The notes beneath the pieces are model-generated. The model saw nothing but the letters and a program-made list of their open reading frames with translations, did no database searches and had not been told where the DNA came from. From Jatrophihabitantaceae bacterium (GTDB lineage: Bacteria; Actinomycetota; Actinomycetes; Mycobacteriales; Jatrophihabitantaceae), in NCBI GenBank assembly GCA_036558905.1, contig DATBER010000148.1, positions 1,162-65,161 of the forward strand: 64,000 bases of DNA, given 5' to 3'. Within the stretch, counting starts at the first letter, position 1, and each line of letters opens with the position of its first letter. The translations under genes and the position numbers were made by a program. This document shows, in pieces, positions 10,130-19,035 of the stretch.

Positions 10130-10912
10130 TCAGCTGGCGAAATCGCGGATCGCCCCGGCCAGCTGATCCGGGGCCGTCTCGTTGGCAGTGTGGCCCTGAC
10201 CGGGCAATTCGACCAGATCGGCGTCGGGCAGCGCCGCGACGATCGACTCGGCGGCCGGGCGCATGTACTCGGCGCTGGTGGTGCCGACGAGCAGGCGCAC
10301 CGGCACGGTGACCTTGCCGAGCCGGTCGAGTACGTCGGTGCGCTGCACGCACTCGAGCTCGCGCGAGATGAGCGGGGCGTTGGCCAGCAAGGCCGACCAC
10401 GCCTTCGTCTTGCGCATGGCCGGGACGGTGTCCGGCGCCAGCCGCAGCGCGTCGAGCAGGAACGTCGACAGCACGCCGTCGTCGTCGCCGGTGGCCGCCA
10501 ACTTGCGCAGCCGATCCAGCAGGCCGGCCCGCGCGACCCGGTGCGCCGGAGTCGGCATCGGCGGTTCGTACAGGAACATCCGTCCGACGGCGTCGCTGAT
10601 CAGGGCGGCCTCGAGCGCGCAGCGAGCGCCGTAGGAGTGGCCCACCACGTAGACGTCGCGCCCGACCGCCTCGACGACGGCGGCCACGTCCTCGGCTTCG
10701 CGGACGATGTCGTAGGGCAGGTGCTCGGCGAGGGACAGCCCGCGACCGCGGCGGTCCATGGTGTGGACGGTGAACCGATCGGCCAGCCGGCGACGCACGC
10801 CGTTCCAGGCGCGGCGGTCGAGGGCGGTGCCGTGCACGAGCAGGATCGGCGGGCCGCTGCCGATCGTGGTCCAGCCGATGGTGCTGCCGTCGGCCGAGCG
10901 AACCTCGCTCAC
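10130..10912 (-). CDS. Alpha/beta hydrolase
   Basis: GTG 10912 overlaps the TetR stop (GTGA). ILLVHG oxyanion region, nucleophile elbow GHSYG, C-terminal GQGH. Confidence 0.8.
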   Translation of the reverse strand: MSEVRSADGSTIGWTTIGSGPPILLVHGTALDRRAWNGVRRRLADRFTVHTMDRRGRGLSLAEHLPYDIVREAEDVAAVVEAVGRDVYVVGHSYGARCALEAALISDAVGRMFLYEPPMPTPAHRVARAGLLDRLRKLAATGDDDGVLSTFLLDALRLAPDTVPAMRKTKAWSALLANAPLISRELECVQRTDVLDRLGKVTVPVRLLVGTTSAEYMRPAAESIVAALPDADLVELPGQGHTANETAPDQLAGAIRDFAS

Positions 10913-11517
10913 GACAGGTCCCGCAGCCACTGCGGGTCGACGTTGAGGACGACGCCGGGCAGCGCGTTGGCCAGCAGGCTCAGCAACTCGGGCCGGGGGA
11001 GCGGCTCGTCGGCGCCCAGCCAGCTGACCACCACTTCCTCGCAGAACGCGACCCAACCGCGGACGGCCAGCTCGGTGCCGGATCCGCTCGGCAGGCCCAG
11101 CACGTCCAGGTTCTTCAGCACCCGGTTGGCCAGCTCGGTGCGCGTCTCGTGCGACACCTGGCGCACGTCGGCGTCGCCGCTGGCCGCGCCCCGGACGAGG
11201 GACACGTACACGTCGCGGTTCTCGGTGACGTAGTCGACGTAGGCGCCGAGCGAGGTCGTCAGCTGGTCGAGCGGCGGCAGGCCCGGATCCGGCTCGGTCC
11301 GCTCGATCAGCTCGCGGGCGCAGGCGCGCACCACCTCGAGGTGGAACTCCTGCTTGGACCGGAAGTAGTGGAACAGCAGCCCCCGGGAGATGCCGGCCTG
11401 GTCGGCGAGGTCCTCGACGGAGAGGTCCTCCAGCGTGCGGGTGGCCAGCATCTGCACGCCGAGCTCGATGAGCTGAGCCCGCCGCGCGTCGGGGCTGAGC
11501 CGCACCCGCTTCGCCAT
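10909..11517 (-). CDS. TetR family transcriptional regulator
   Basis: 202 aa. N-terminal TetR HTH (LSVEDLADQAGISRGLLFHYFRSKQEF). Confidence 0.85.
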   Translation of the reverse strand: MAKRVRLSPDARRAQLIELGVQMLATRTLEDLSVEDLADQAGISRGLLFHYFRSKQEFHLEVVRACARELIERTEPDPGLPPLDQLTTSLGAYVDYVTENRDVYVSLVRGAASGDADVRQVSHETRTELANRVLKNLDVLGLPSGSGTELAVRGWVAFCEEVVVSWLGADEPLPRPELLSLLANALPGVVLNVDPQWLRDLS

Positions 11518-11584
11518 GCGTCCTATTGAACCACGGTCAGCAAACTATTGACTGGCGTTCAGTTAGCTGGTTACCGTTGCCGGC

Positions 11585-13054
11585 ATGAGAGATGTCGAGG
11601 TCCTCGTCGCCGGCGGCGGATTCTCCGGACTCGGCGCGGCCATCAAGCTGACCCGCGCCGGCCGGCGCGACTTCGTCGTGATCGAGCGGGGCAGCGAGGT
11701 CGGCGGCACCTGGCGCGACAACACCTATCCGGGCGCGGCCTGCGATGTGCCCTCGCACCTGTACTCCTATTCGTTCGAGCTCAACCCGAACTGGTCGCGC
11801 TCGTTCTCGGACGGGTGGGAGATCCAGCAGTACCTGCGCGGCGTCGCGGCCAAGTACCGGGTGCTGGACAAGTTCATGTTCGACTGCGAGCTGCTGTCGG
11901 CGTACTGGGACGCGGCCACCCGGCGCTGGATGGTCGAGACGTCGCGCGGCGAGTACAGCGCCAAGGTGTTCGTCAGCGCGATCGGGGCGCTGTGCGAACC
12001 GGCATTGCCGGACATCAAGGGCATCGACACGTTCACGGGCGAGATCTTCCACTCGGCCCGGTGGAACCACGAGGTGGACCTGGCCGGCCAGCGGGTCGCC
12101 CTGATCGGCACCGGGGCGTCGGCCATCCAGATCGGCCCGGAGATCGCGCCGAAGGTCTCGCACCTGGACGTCTACCAGCGGACGGCGCCGTGGATCGTCC
12201 CGCGCCGCGACCGCACCTACCCGAAGTTGGAATCCCTTGCGTACAAGCACATTCCGGGATTGCAGCGGCTGGCCCGCACGCTGATCTACTGTGGCCGCGA
12301 GACGTTCGTCTTCGGCTTCGCGATCAACCCTCGGCTCACGGCGCCGGCCCGCAAGCTGGCGCTGGGCAACATCGCTCGCGGGGTGAAAGATCCGGCGCTG
12401 CGCCGGGCGGTGACCCCGAACTTCCAGATCGGCTGCAAGCGCATCCTGTTGTCGAACGACTGGTACCCGATGCTCGAGCGCCCCGACGTCGACCTCGTCA
12501 CCGACGGTATCGCCGAGCTCCGCGGCGACACGATCGTCAGCGCCGACGGCACCGAGCGCCAGGTCGACGCCATCGTCGTGGCCACCGGCTTCCACGTCAC
12601 CGATTCGCCGGCCTACGACAAGATCAAGGGCGCCGACGGCCGCACGATCGGCGAGGTATGGCGGGCCGAGGGCATGCAGGCCTACAAGGGTTCGACGCTG
12701 GCCGGCTTCCCGAACCTGTTCTTCCTCATCGGGCCGAACACCGCGCTGGGCCACAACTCGATGGTGCTGATGATCGAGTCGCAGCTGAACTACCTGATGG
12801 ACGCCTTGCGCACTATGGACGAGCACGGCCTGGCGACCCTCGAGGTCCGCCGCGAGGACCAGGAGAGCTACAACGCCCACCTGCAGAAGCGCATGGAGCG
12901 CACGATCTGGACGACGGGCGGCTGCGCGTCCTGGTACCTCGACGCACGCGGGCGCAACACCACGGTGTGGCCCGGGTTCACGTTCACGTTCCGGCAGCTG
13001 ACCCGGCGCTTCGACCACGCGGCCTACGACAGCACGGCGGAGGCGGACGCATGA
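11585..13054 (+). CDS. Flavin-containing / Baeyer-Villiger-type monooxygenase
   Basis: 489 aa. FAD fingerprint VLVAGGGFSGLG, second dinucleotide fold VALIGTGASAIQ, FxGxxxHxxxW-like motif FTGEIFHSARW. Confidence 0.85.
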   Translation: MRDVEVLVAGGGFSGLGAAIKLTRAGRRDFVVIERGSEVGGTWRDNTYPGAACDVPSHLYSYSFELNPNWSRSFSDGWEIQQYLRGVAAKYRVLDKFMFDCELLSAYWDAATRRWMVETSRGEYSAKVFVSAIGALCEPALPDIKGIDTFTGEIFHSARWNHEVDLAGQRVALIGTGASAIQIGPEIAPKVSHLDVYQRTAPWIVPRRDRTYPKLESLAYKHIPGLQRLARTLIYCGRETFVFGFAINPRLTAPARKLALGNIARGVKDPALRRAVTPNFQIGCKRILLSNDWYPMLERPDVDLVTDGIAELRGDTIVSADGTERQVDAIVVATGFHVTDSPAYDKIKGADGRTIGEVWRAEGMQAYKGSTLAGFPNLFFLIGPNTALGHNSMVLMIESQLNYLMDALRTMDEHGLATLEVRREDQESYNAHLQKRMERTIWTTGGCASWYLDARGRNTTVWPGFTFTFRQLTRRFDHAAYDSTAEADA

Positions 13055-13863
13055 GCCGGTTCAGCGGGCGGACCGCGGTGATCACAGGTGCCGGGTCGGG
13101 CATCGGCCGGGCGCTCGCGTACGACCTGGCCGGCCGGGGTGCGACGCTGGCGCTGTCCGATGTGGACGATGCCGGGCTGACCGAGACCGTGAAGCGAGCC
13201 GAGGAGCTGGGCGCCCGGGTGCGCGGCGATGTCCTCGACGTCAGCGATCGCGCGTCCGTGCTGGCGTACGCGGACACGTTCGACGAGGTCCAGCTGGTGA
13301 TCAACAACGCCGGCATCGCGTTCACCGGCGACATCGCCGAGATGACCTTCGCCGACATCGAACGGGTCATGGACGTCGACTTCTGGGGTGTCGTCAACGG
13401 CACCAAGGCTTTCTTGCCGCGCCTGATCGCCTCGGGCGACGGCACGCTCGTGAACCTGTCGTCGGTCTTCGGCCTGTTCAGCGTGCCGTCGCAGGGCGCC
13501 TACAACTCGGCCAAGTTCGCGGTGCGCGGGTTCACCGAGGCGCTGCGCCAGGAGATGCTGGTGGCCGGCCATCCGGTGCGCGTGGTGTGCGTGCACCCGG
13601 GCGGCATCAAGACCGCGATCGCCCGCAACGCCGGGGCCGTGCCGGGACGCGACGCCGTCGCCCTCGGCGTGTTCTTCGACGAGCGGCTGGCCAAGACGTC
13701 GGCCGAACGGGCGGCGCGCACCATCCTCGACGGCGCCGAACGGGGCCGGGCCCGGGTGCTGGTCGGCGCGGACGCCCGGGTGCTCGACCTCCTGATCCGG
13801 GTGGGCGGCTCGGCCTATCAACGCTTCGGGGCCGGCTTCGCCAGGCGGCTGGCGCCGAGGTGA
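13051..13863 (+). CDS. Short-chain dehydrogenase/reductase (SDR)
   Basis: ATG 13051 overlaps the monooxygenase stop (ATGA). TGAGSGIG cofactor motif, NNAG, YNSAKFAV catalytic motif. Confidence 0.85.
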   Translation: MSRFSGRTAVITGAGSGIGRALAYDLAGRGATLALSDVDDAGLTETVKRAEELGARVRGDVLDVSDRASVLAYADTFDEVQLVINNAGIAFTGDIAEMTFADIERVMDVDFWGVVNGTKAFLPRLIASGDGTLVNLSSVFGLFSVPSQGAYNSAKFAVRGFTEALRQEMLVAGHPVRVVCVHPGGIKTAIARNAGAVPGRDAVALGVFFDERLAKTSAERAARTILDGAERGRARVLVGADARVLDLLIRVGGSAYQRFGAGFARRLAPR

Positions 13864-14747
13864 GGCCGCGTTACCTGCCGCGCCAGCTGGTCTTGGCCAA
13901 CGCCGCGGCGTTCTACCGGGTCGCGTTCGACGCGCACGTCCCGTTCGGCGTACAGCGCCGGCTGCTCGAGACGGCGGCCCGCTCACAGCCGCTGCCGTCC
14001 GGGACGGTGCTGCGCCGCATCGTGCTGGGCGGGCGGCCGACCGAGCGGATCACGGTCGGGGCAACCGTACGTCCGCGTACGGTCCTGTACCTGCACGGGG
14101 GTGGCTACACGACCTGCTCGCCGGCCACGCACCGGTCGCTGACCGCATTCCTCGCTCGCGAGGTTGGCGCCGAGGTGTACGTGCCGGCCTATCGGCTCGC
14201 GCCCGAACACCCCTATCCGGCGGCGGTGGACGACGCGGTCGCGGCCTACCGAGATCTCGGTCGTCCGGCCGCCGTCGTCGGCGACTCGGCCGGGGGCGGG
14301 CTGGCCGTGGCGACCGCACTGCGCCTTATGTCGCAGGGCCTACGTCCGCCGGCGCTGGCGTTGCTGTCGCCCTGGACCGATCCCGATGACGACGCGATGA
14401 CCCGCCGGCGCGATGTGGTGGTGAACGTGCCGCAGGGGCGGCGCAGTGCGGCCGCCTATCGGGGCAACGCCGACCCGCACGATCCCGGCTACGCGCCGAT
14501 GTACGCCGACCTCTCCGGACTACCGCCCACCCTGGTCCACCTGGTGCCGGGCGAGTTGCTCTACGAGCAGGTGCTGCGCTTCGTCGACCGGTTGCGCGCC
14601 GCCGGCATCGACGTCACGCTGCGCGAGCTGCCCGGGCTTTGGCACAGCGCGCACACCCAGGCCGGCATCGTCCGCGAGGCGCGGGCCGCGGTCGCCGACG
14701 TCGGCGCCTTCCTGAGCGCCCACCTGCGCGCGGCGGGTGCCGCCTAG
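13860..14747 (+). CDS. Esterase/lipase, alpha/beta-hydrolase fold-3 (HSL-like)
   Basis: GTG 13860 overlaps the SDR stop (GTGA). HGGGY oxyanion motif, nucleophile GDSAGG. Confidence 0.8.
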   Translation: MRPRYLPRQLVLANAAAFYRVAFDAHVPFGVQRRLLETAARSQPLPSGTVLRRIVLGGRPTERITVGATVRPRTVLYLHGGGYTTCSPATHRSLTAFLAREVGAEVYVPAYRLAPEHPYPAAVDDAVAAYRDLGRPAAVVGDSAGGGLAVATALRLMSQGLRPPALALLSPWTDPDDDAMTRRRDVVVNVPQGRRSAAAYRGNADPHDPGYAPMYADLSGLPPTLVHLVPGELLYEQVLRFVDRLRAAGIDVTLRELPGLWHSAHTQAGIVREARAAVADVGAFLSAHLRAAGAA

Positions 14748-15583
14748 ATCGAGCCGGCCAGGTGCGGCTTGCCCGAGTTGGCGTTGCGGACGTCGAGCTG
14801 CCAGCCACCGTCGTCGGTGCGGGCCGCGGCCAGCGCCACGGTCGAGGGCAGCAGCACGGGGGTCTTGAACGCGACGTCGACGGTGAAGGCCCCGGGCAGC
14901 CGCTCCTCGACGGCGGCCAGCACCCGGGCCTTCAGCCACATGCCGTGCGCGATCGCCCGGGGGAAGCCGAACACCCGGGCGGTCAGTGGGTGCAGATGGA
15001 TCGGGTTGCGGTCGCCCGAGACGGCGGCGTAGCGGCGACCGATGTCGCGCGGCACCCGGATCTGGGCGACCGGGCCGGCCGCCGGATTCGAAAGGGATCG
15101 CGGTCGGGGCCTCTTGCTCTTCTTGGCGACACGCAGGTAGGTGCTGCGCTCGCGCCATACCGTCTCGTCACCGACCGTCGCTTCCGCGATCAGGTCGACG
15201 GTGCGTCCGGACTCGTGCGCGCGCAGGTCGGCCGCCCGGACGCTGATCGAGACGACCTCGTCCAACCGGACCGGACGACGCTGCTCGATGACGTTGGCCA
15301 GATGCACCAGCCCGGCGATCGGGAACGGGAAGGCACGCTCGAGCATGAGCGACACGGCCAGTGGGAACGCCAGCACGTGCAGGTACGTCGGCGGCAGCTC
15401 GTCGCGCACCCGGAACCCGCACACGCGCTGGTAGGCGGCCAGGTGGTCGGCGTCGATGGCCTGGTCGCGCAATGCCACCTCGGTGGTCGGCAGCTGGTCG
15501 CCGCCGTGCCGACGGGCGGAGGCCAGCCCGCGGGCGTAGAGCCCGAGCAGGTTGGGCGGCCGGTCCAACTCGATCGTGCTCAT
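14744..15583 (-). CDS. MaoC-like (double hot-dog) 3-hydroxyacyl-thioester dehydratase, HtdX-like
   Basis: ATG 15583 overlaps the fabG4-like stop (ATGA). Hydratase motif SGDRNPIHLHP. Gene order resembles mycobacterial htdX-fabG4. Confidence 0.8.
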   Translation of the reverse strand: MSTIELDRPPNLLGLYARGLASARRHGGDQLPTTEVALRDQAIDADHLAAYQRVCGFRVRDELPPTYLHVLAFPLAVSLMLERAFPFPIAGLVHLANVIEQRRPVRLDEVVSISVRAADLRAHESGRTVDLIAEATVGDETVWRERSTYLRVAKKSKRPRPRSLSNPAAGPVAQIRVPRDIGRRYAAVSGDRNPIHLHPLTARVFGFPRAIAHGMWLKARVLAAVEERLPGAFTVDVAFKTPVLLPSTVALAAARTDDGGWQLDVRNANSGKPHLAGSI

Positions 15584-16881
15584 GCGCCGACCAGGCTCTG
15601 CCCGCACACCCGCACGACCTGTCCGTTGACACCGCCGGCGCTGGGCGAGACCAGCCAGGCGGCCGTCTCGGCCACGTCGACCGGCAGGCCGGCCTGCTGC
15701 AGGCTGTTGATGCGACGGGCCACCTCGCGGGTGGCCAGCGGCATGGCATGCGTCATGTCGGTGTCGATGAACCCGGGCGCGATCGCGTTGATGGTGCCGT
15801 CGCGCTTGGCGAACGCCGGCGCGTAGGAGCGGACCATGCCGATGATGCCGGCCTTGCTGGCCGCGTAGTTGGTCTGACCCCGGTTGCCGGCGATACCACT
15901 GGTCGACGCCAGGCACACGACGCGCGCCGCGTCGTGCAGCACGGCGCTGCCCAGCAGGGCCGTGTTGATGCGCAGCTGCGCCGCGAGGTTGACCGCCAGC
16001 ACCGAGTCCCAGTGCTCGGGCTTCATGTTGACCAGCAGCTTGTCCCGGGTGACGCCGGCGTTGTGCACGACGATGTCGACGCCGCCGTGCCGCTCGCCGA
16101 GATGGCCGAGCAGCGTGGCCGGCGCCTCGGGCCGGGTGATGTCCAGCTGCAGCGTCGTGCCGCCGATGCGGTTGGCCACCTGGGCCAGCCCCTCGCCGGC
16201 GGCCGGCAGGTCGGCCACCACGACGTTCGCGCCGTCGCGGGCCAGCACGTCGGCGATGGCCGCCCCGATGCCCCGCGCCGCGCCGGTGACCAACGCGACC
16301 TTGCCCTCGAGCGGGCGCGGCGGGTCGGTCGGCGCCGCCCCGGAACCGACCCGGATCACCTGCCCGTCCACATAGGCCGACCGCCCGGACAGCAGGAACC
16401 GGAGCGTGGACTCCGGCGACGCGTCACCCTCGACCAGGACGAGGTTGGCCGTCGCGCCGGCCCGCAACTCCTTGGCCAGCGACCGAACGATGCCGTCGAG
16501 CGCCTGCCGGGTCGCGTCCACCACGGGATCGGTACCGGACGGGGTACGGCCGAGCACGACTACCCGACCGGACGGGCCCAGCCGGCGGAGCGCCACGGCG
16601 AAGAAGTCGCGCAGGTCGGCCAGATCGCCGATCGCCTCGACGTCCGTGCCGTCATACAGCAAGGCTGCCCATCGGGTGTTGCCGTCGTCGGTCTCGCTGA
16701 CGTCGACCTCCAGACCCTTGACCACCCCGGCCAGGCCGGCACCCCGCACCAACGCCGGGCCGGGCAGCACGGGCGCGCCGACCTGATAGCGGCGCAGCAC
16801 GGCCGGCCGCGGCAGGCCCAGTTTGGACGCGACCGCCTTGCCCGGTCCCGAATTGACGAGGTTCAGGTATCGATCACTCAT
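15580..16881 (-). CDS. Two-domain 3-oxoacyl-[ACP]/CoA reductase, FabG4-like
   Basis: ATG 16881 with GAGGGGG about 8 nt upstream (ORF track starts at GTG 16890). C-terminal SDR domain GKVALVTGAARGIGAAIA, YAASKAG; N-terminal pseudo-SDR domain. Confidence 0.85.
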   Translation of the reverse strand: MSDRYLNLVNSGPGKAVASKLGLPRPAVLRRYQVGAPVLPGPALVRGAGLAGVVKGLEVDVSETDDGNTRWAALLYDGTDVEAIGDLADLRDFFAVALRRLGPSGRVVVLGRTPSGTDPVVDATRQALDGIVRSLAKELRAGATANLVLVEGDASPESTLRFLLSGRSAYVDGQVIRVGSGAAPTDPPRPLEGKVALVTGAARGIGAAIADVLARDGANVVVADLPAAGEGLAQVANRIGGTTLQLDITRPEAPATLLGHLGERHGGVDIVVHNAGVTRDKLLVNMKPEHWDSVLAVNLAAQLRINTALLGSAVLHDAARVVCLASTSGIAGNRGQTNYAASKAGIIGMVRSYAPAFAKRDGTINAIAPGFIDTDMTHAMPLATREVARRINSLQQAGLPVDVAETAAWLVSPSAGGVNGQVVRVCGQSLVGA

Positions 16882-16936
16882 GCCGTACACCCCCTCATGA
16901 TCATCTTCTTGATCCCCGAATCGCGCTCGACACGCA

Positions 16937-18211
16937 TCAGCCGGCTTCCAAGATCGCGACGACGCCCTGGCCGCCGGCCGCGCAGATGGAGATGAGGCCG
17001 CGGCCCGAGCCCTTCTCGTGCAGCAGCTTGGCGAGCGTCGCGACGATGCGCCCGCCCGTCGCGGCGAACGGGTGCCCGGTCGCGAGCGACGAGCCGTTGA
17101 CGTTCAGCCGCGACCGGTCGATCGAGCCCAGCGGCTCGGCCAACCCCAGCCGATTCCGGCAGAAGTCGGCGTCCTCCCAGGCGGCCAGCGTCGAAAGTAC
17201 GGTCGACGCGAACGCCTCGTGGATCTCGTAGAAGTCGAAGTCCGGCAGCGTGAGCTTGTTGCGTTCGAGCAGCCGCGGTACGGCGTACACCGGCGCCATG
17301 AGCAGGCCGTCCTCGCGCCGGTCGCCGTGCACGTAGTCGACCGCCGCCGTCTCGCCGTCGACGACGTGGGCCCACACCGGCAGGCTGCGCTGGGCGGCCC
17401 ACTCGTCGGTGGCCAGCAGCACCGTCGACGCGCCGTCGGTGAGCGGCGTCGAGTTGCCGGGAGTCATCGTGTCGCCGAAAACGGGCTTGAGCTTCGCCAG
17501 TTTTTCCAAGGACGAGTCGGGACGCAGGTTCTGGTCGCGGGTCAGCTTGAGGAACGGCGTGATCAGGTCACTGAAGAAGCCGCGGTCGTAGGCCGCCGCG
17601 AGATTCCGGTGCGACGCCACGGCCAGTTCGTCCTGGGCCGCGCGGGCGATGTCCCATTCCTGCGCGGTGATCGCCGCGTGCTCTCCCATCGACAGTCCCG
17701 TGCGCGGCTCGGCGTTGCGCGGGATGGACGGCTTGAGCTGCCCGGGGCGCAGCCCGCCCAGCGCCTTGATCCGCGCGCCGACCGACCGGGACCGGTTGAC
17801 GTCGAGCAGCACCTGGCGCAGATCCTCATTGAGCGCGATCGGTGCGTCGGACACGGTGTCGACGCCGCCGGCGATGCCTGCCTCGATCTGTCCGAGCGCG
17901 ATCTTGTTGGCGACGAGCAGCGTCGTCTCCAGCCCAGTTCCACAGGCTTGCTGTACATCGTAGGCCGGCGTGGTGGCCGCCAGGCGCGAGCCGAGCACGG
18001 ACTCGCGAGTCAGGTTGAAGTCACGGCTGTGCTTGAGCACGGCGCCGGCCGCCACCTCGCCCAGCCGCTCGCCCTGCAGGCCGAAGCGGGCGATCAGGCC
18101 GTCGAGCGCGGCGGTCAGCATGTCCTGGTTGGAGGCGTGGGCGTACGGGCCGTCGGCCCGAGCGAACGGGATTCGGTTGCCGCCGACCACGGCGGCGCGG
18201 CGTATGGACAC
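16937..18211 (-). CDS. Acetyl-CoA C-acyltransferase (thiolase)
   Basis: 424 aa. Active-site Cys QQACGTG, NVNGSSLATGHPFAATGGR, ICAAGGQG. Confidence 0.9.
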   Translation of the reverse strand: MSIRRAAVVGGNRIPFARADGPYAHASNQDMLTAALDGLIARFGLQGERLGEVAAGAVLKHSRDFNLTRESVLGSRLAATTPAYDVQQACGTGLETTLLVANKIALGQIEAGIAGGVDTVSDAPIALNEDLRQVLLDVNRSRSVGARIKALGGLRPGQLKPSIPRNAEPRTGLSMGEHAAITAQEWDIARAAQDELAVASHRNLAAAYDRGFFSDLITPFLKLTRDQNLRPDSSLEKLAKLKPVFGDTMTPGNSTPLTDGASTVLLATDEWAAQRSLPVWAHVVDGETAAVDYVHGDRREDGLLMAPVYAVPRLLERNKLTLPDFDFYEIHEAFASTVLSTLAAWEDADFCRNRLGLAEPLGSIDRSRLNVNGSSLATGHPFAATGGRIVATLAKLLHEKGSGRGLISICAAGGQGVVAILEAG

Positions 18212-18273
18212 TGGGTGTCCTCTCGAAGAATCGGCTGTTACAACTGTCCACGTTATCTAGTACCGTCCGTAAC

Positions 18274-19035
18274 GTGAAGCGGCCTGTGGCGAGGACGACG
18301 GCCGCGGTCAGCGACGTGGTCGGAGCGGTTCACGACGCCCTCGACGAGATTTCCGCGGCCGCCGGCCGGAGTCCGAGCAAGCCGCGGGGAAGGGACGGCC
18401 GCAGTGCGCGCTGGGCCGAGCATCGCGCCGCCCGGCGAGCCGAGCTGATCGAAGCGGCCATGCAGGCCATTCGCGAGCACGGCGCCGGAGTCGGCATGGA
18501 CCAGATCGCTCGCACAGCCCGGACGAGCAAGCCGGTCATCTACCGCTACTTCGCCGACAAGGCCGACCTGTATCGCGCGATCGTCGCGCAGACGGCCGGC
18601 ACGTTGCTGCAGCGAGTGGTCGACGCGCTCGACGGTGTCACCGACCCGCGCGCCGAGATCGCCTCCGGCGTGGACGCGTTTCTCGTCATGCTGGACGAGG
18701 ACCCCGAGCTGTACCGGTTCGCGGTCAACCAGCCGGCCGGCGATCTCGTGCAGGACTACACCAGCACGATCGGCGAGATCATCACGCAACGACTGCGCGG
18801 CCATCTCACCGAACACGGTCGTGATCCGGCGGCGGCCGCGCCGTGGGGCATCGCCACGGTCGGCTTCCTGCGGGCGGCGGGCGATTGGTGGATCGACCAC
18901 CGCGACGAGATGAGCCGCGAGCACCTGGCCGAATACCTGACCGCACTGCTCTGGGGCGGCGCGGCCGGCGTGTACGTGCTGGGCGGCACCGAGCTCGACA
19001 ACCGCGCGCCCGAGCACCTCTTTCCAGCGCTATGA
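18274..19035 (+). CDS. TetR family transcriptional regulator
   Basis: 253 aa. HTH GVGMDQIARTARTSKPVIYRYFADKADLY. Its stop overlaps the next start (ATGA). Confidence 0.85.
   Translation: MKRPVARTTAAVSDVVGAVHDALDEISAAAGRSPSKPRGRDGRSARWAEHRAARRAELIEAAMQAIREHGAGVGMDQIARTARTSKPVIYRYFADKADLYRAIVAQTAGTLLQRVVDALDGVTDPRAEIASGVDAFLVMLDEDPELYRFAVNQPAGDLVQDYTSTIGEIITQRLRGHLTEHGRDPAAAAPWGIATVGFLRAAGDWWIDHRDEMSREHLAEYLTALLWGGAAGVYVLGGTELDNRAPEHLFPAL

Noticed and set aside
11518-11584. TetR operator palindromes in the tetR/monooxygenase spacer and in the thiolase/tetR spacer (18212-18273)
   Set aside because: Only short (4-5 bp) or heavily mismatched symmetries were found by eye (for example the CTATTGA direct repeat and GTTAC...GTAAC). 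These are too weak to call.
11537-13018. 493-aa ORF antisense to the monooxygenase, and the 771-aa plus-strand ORF 11548..13863
   Set aside because: The 11585..13054 frame carries clear FAD/NADP fingerprints. Only the last 270 codons of the 771-aa frame (the SDR, from ATG 13051) look like real protein.
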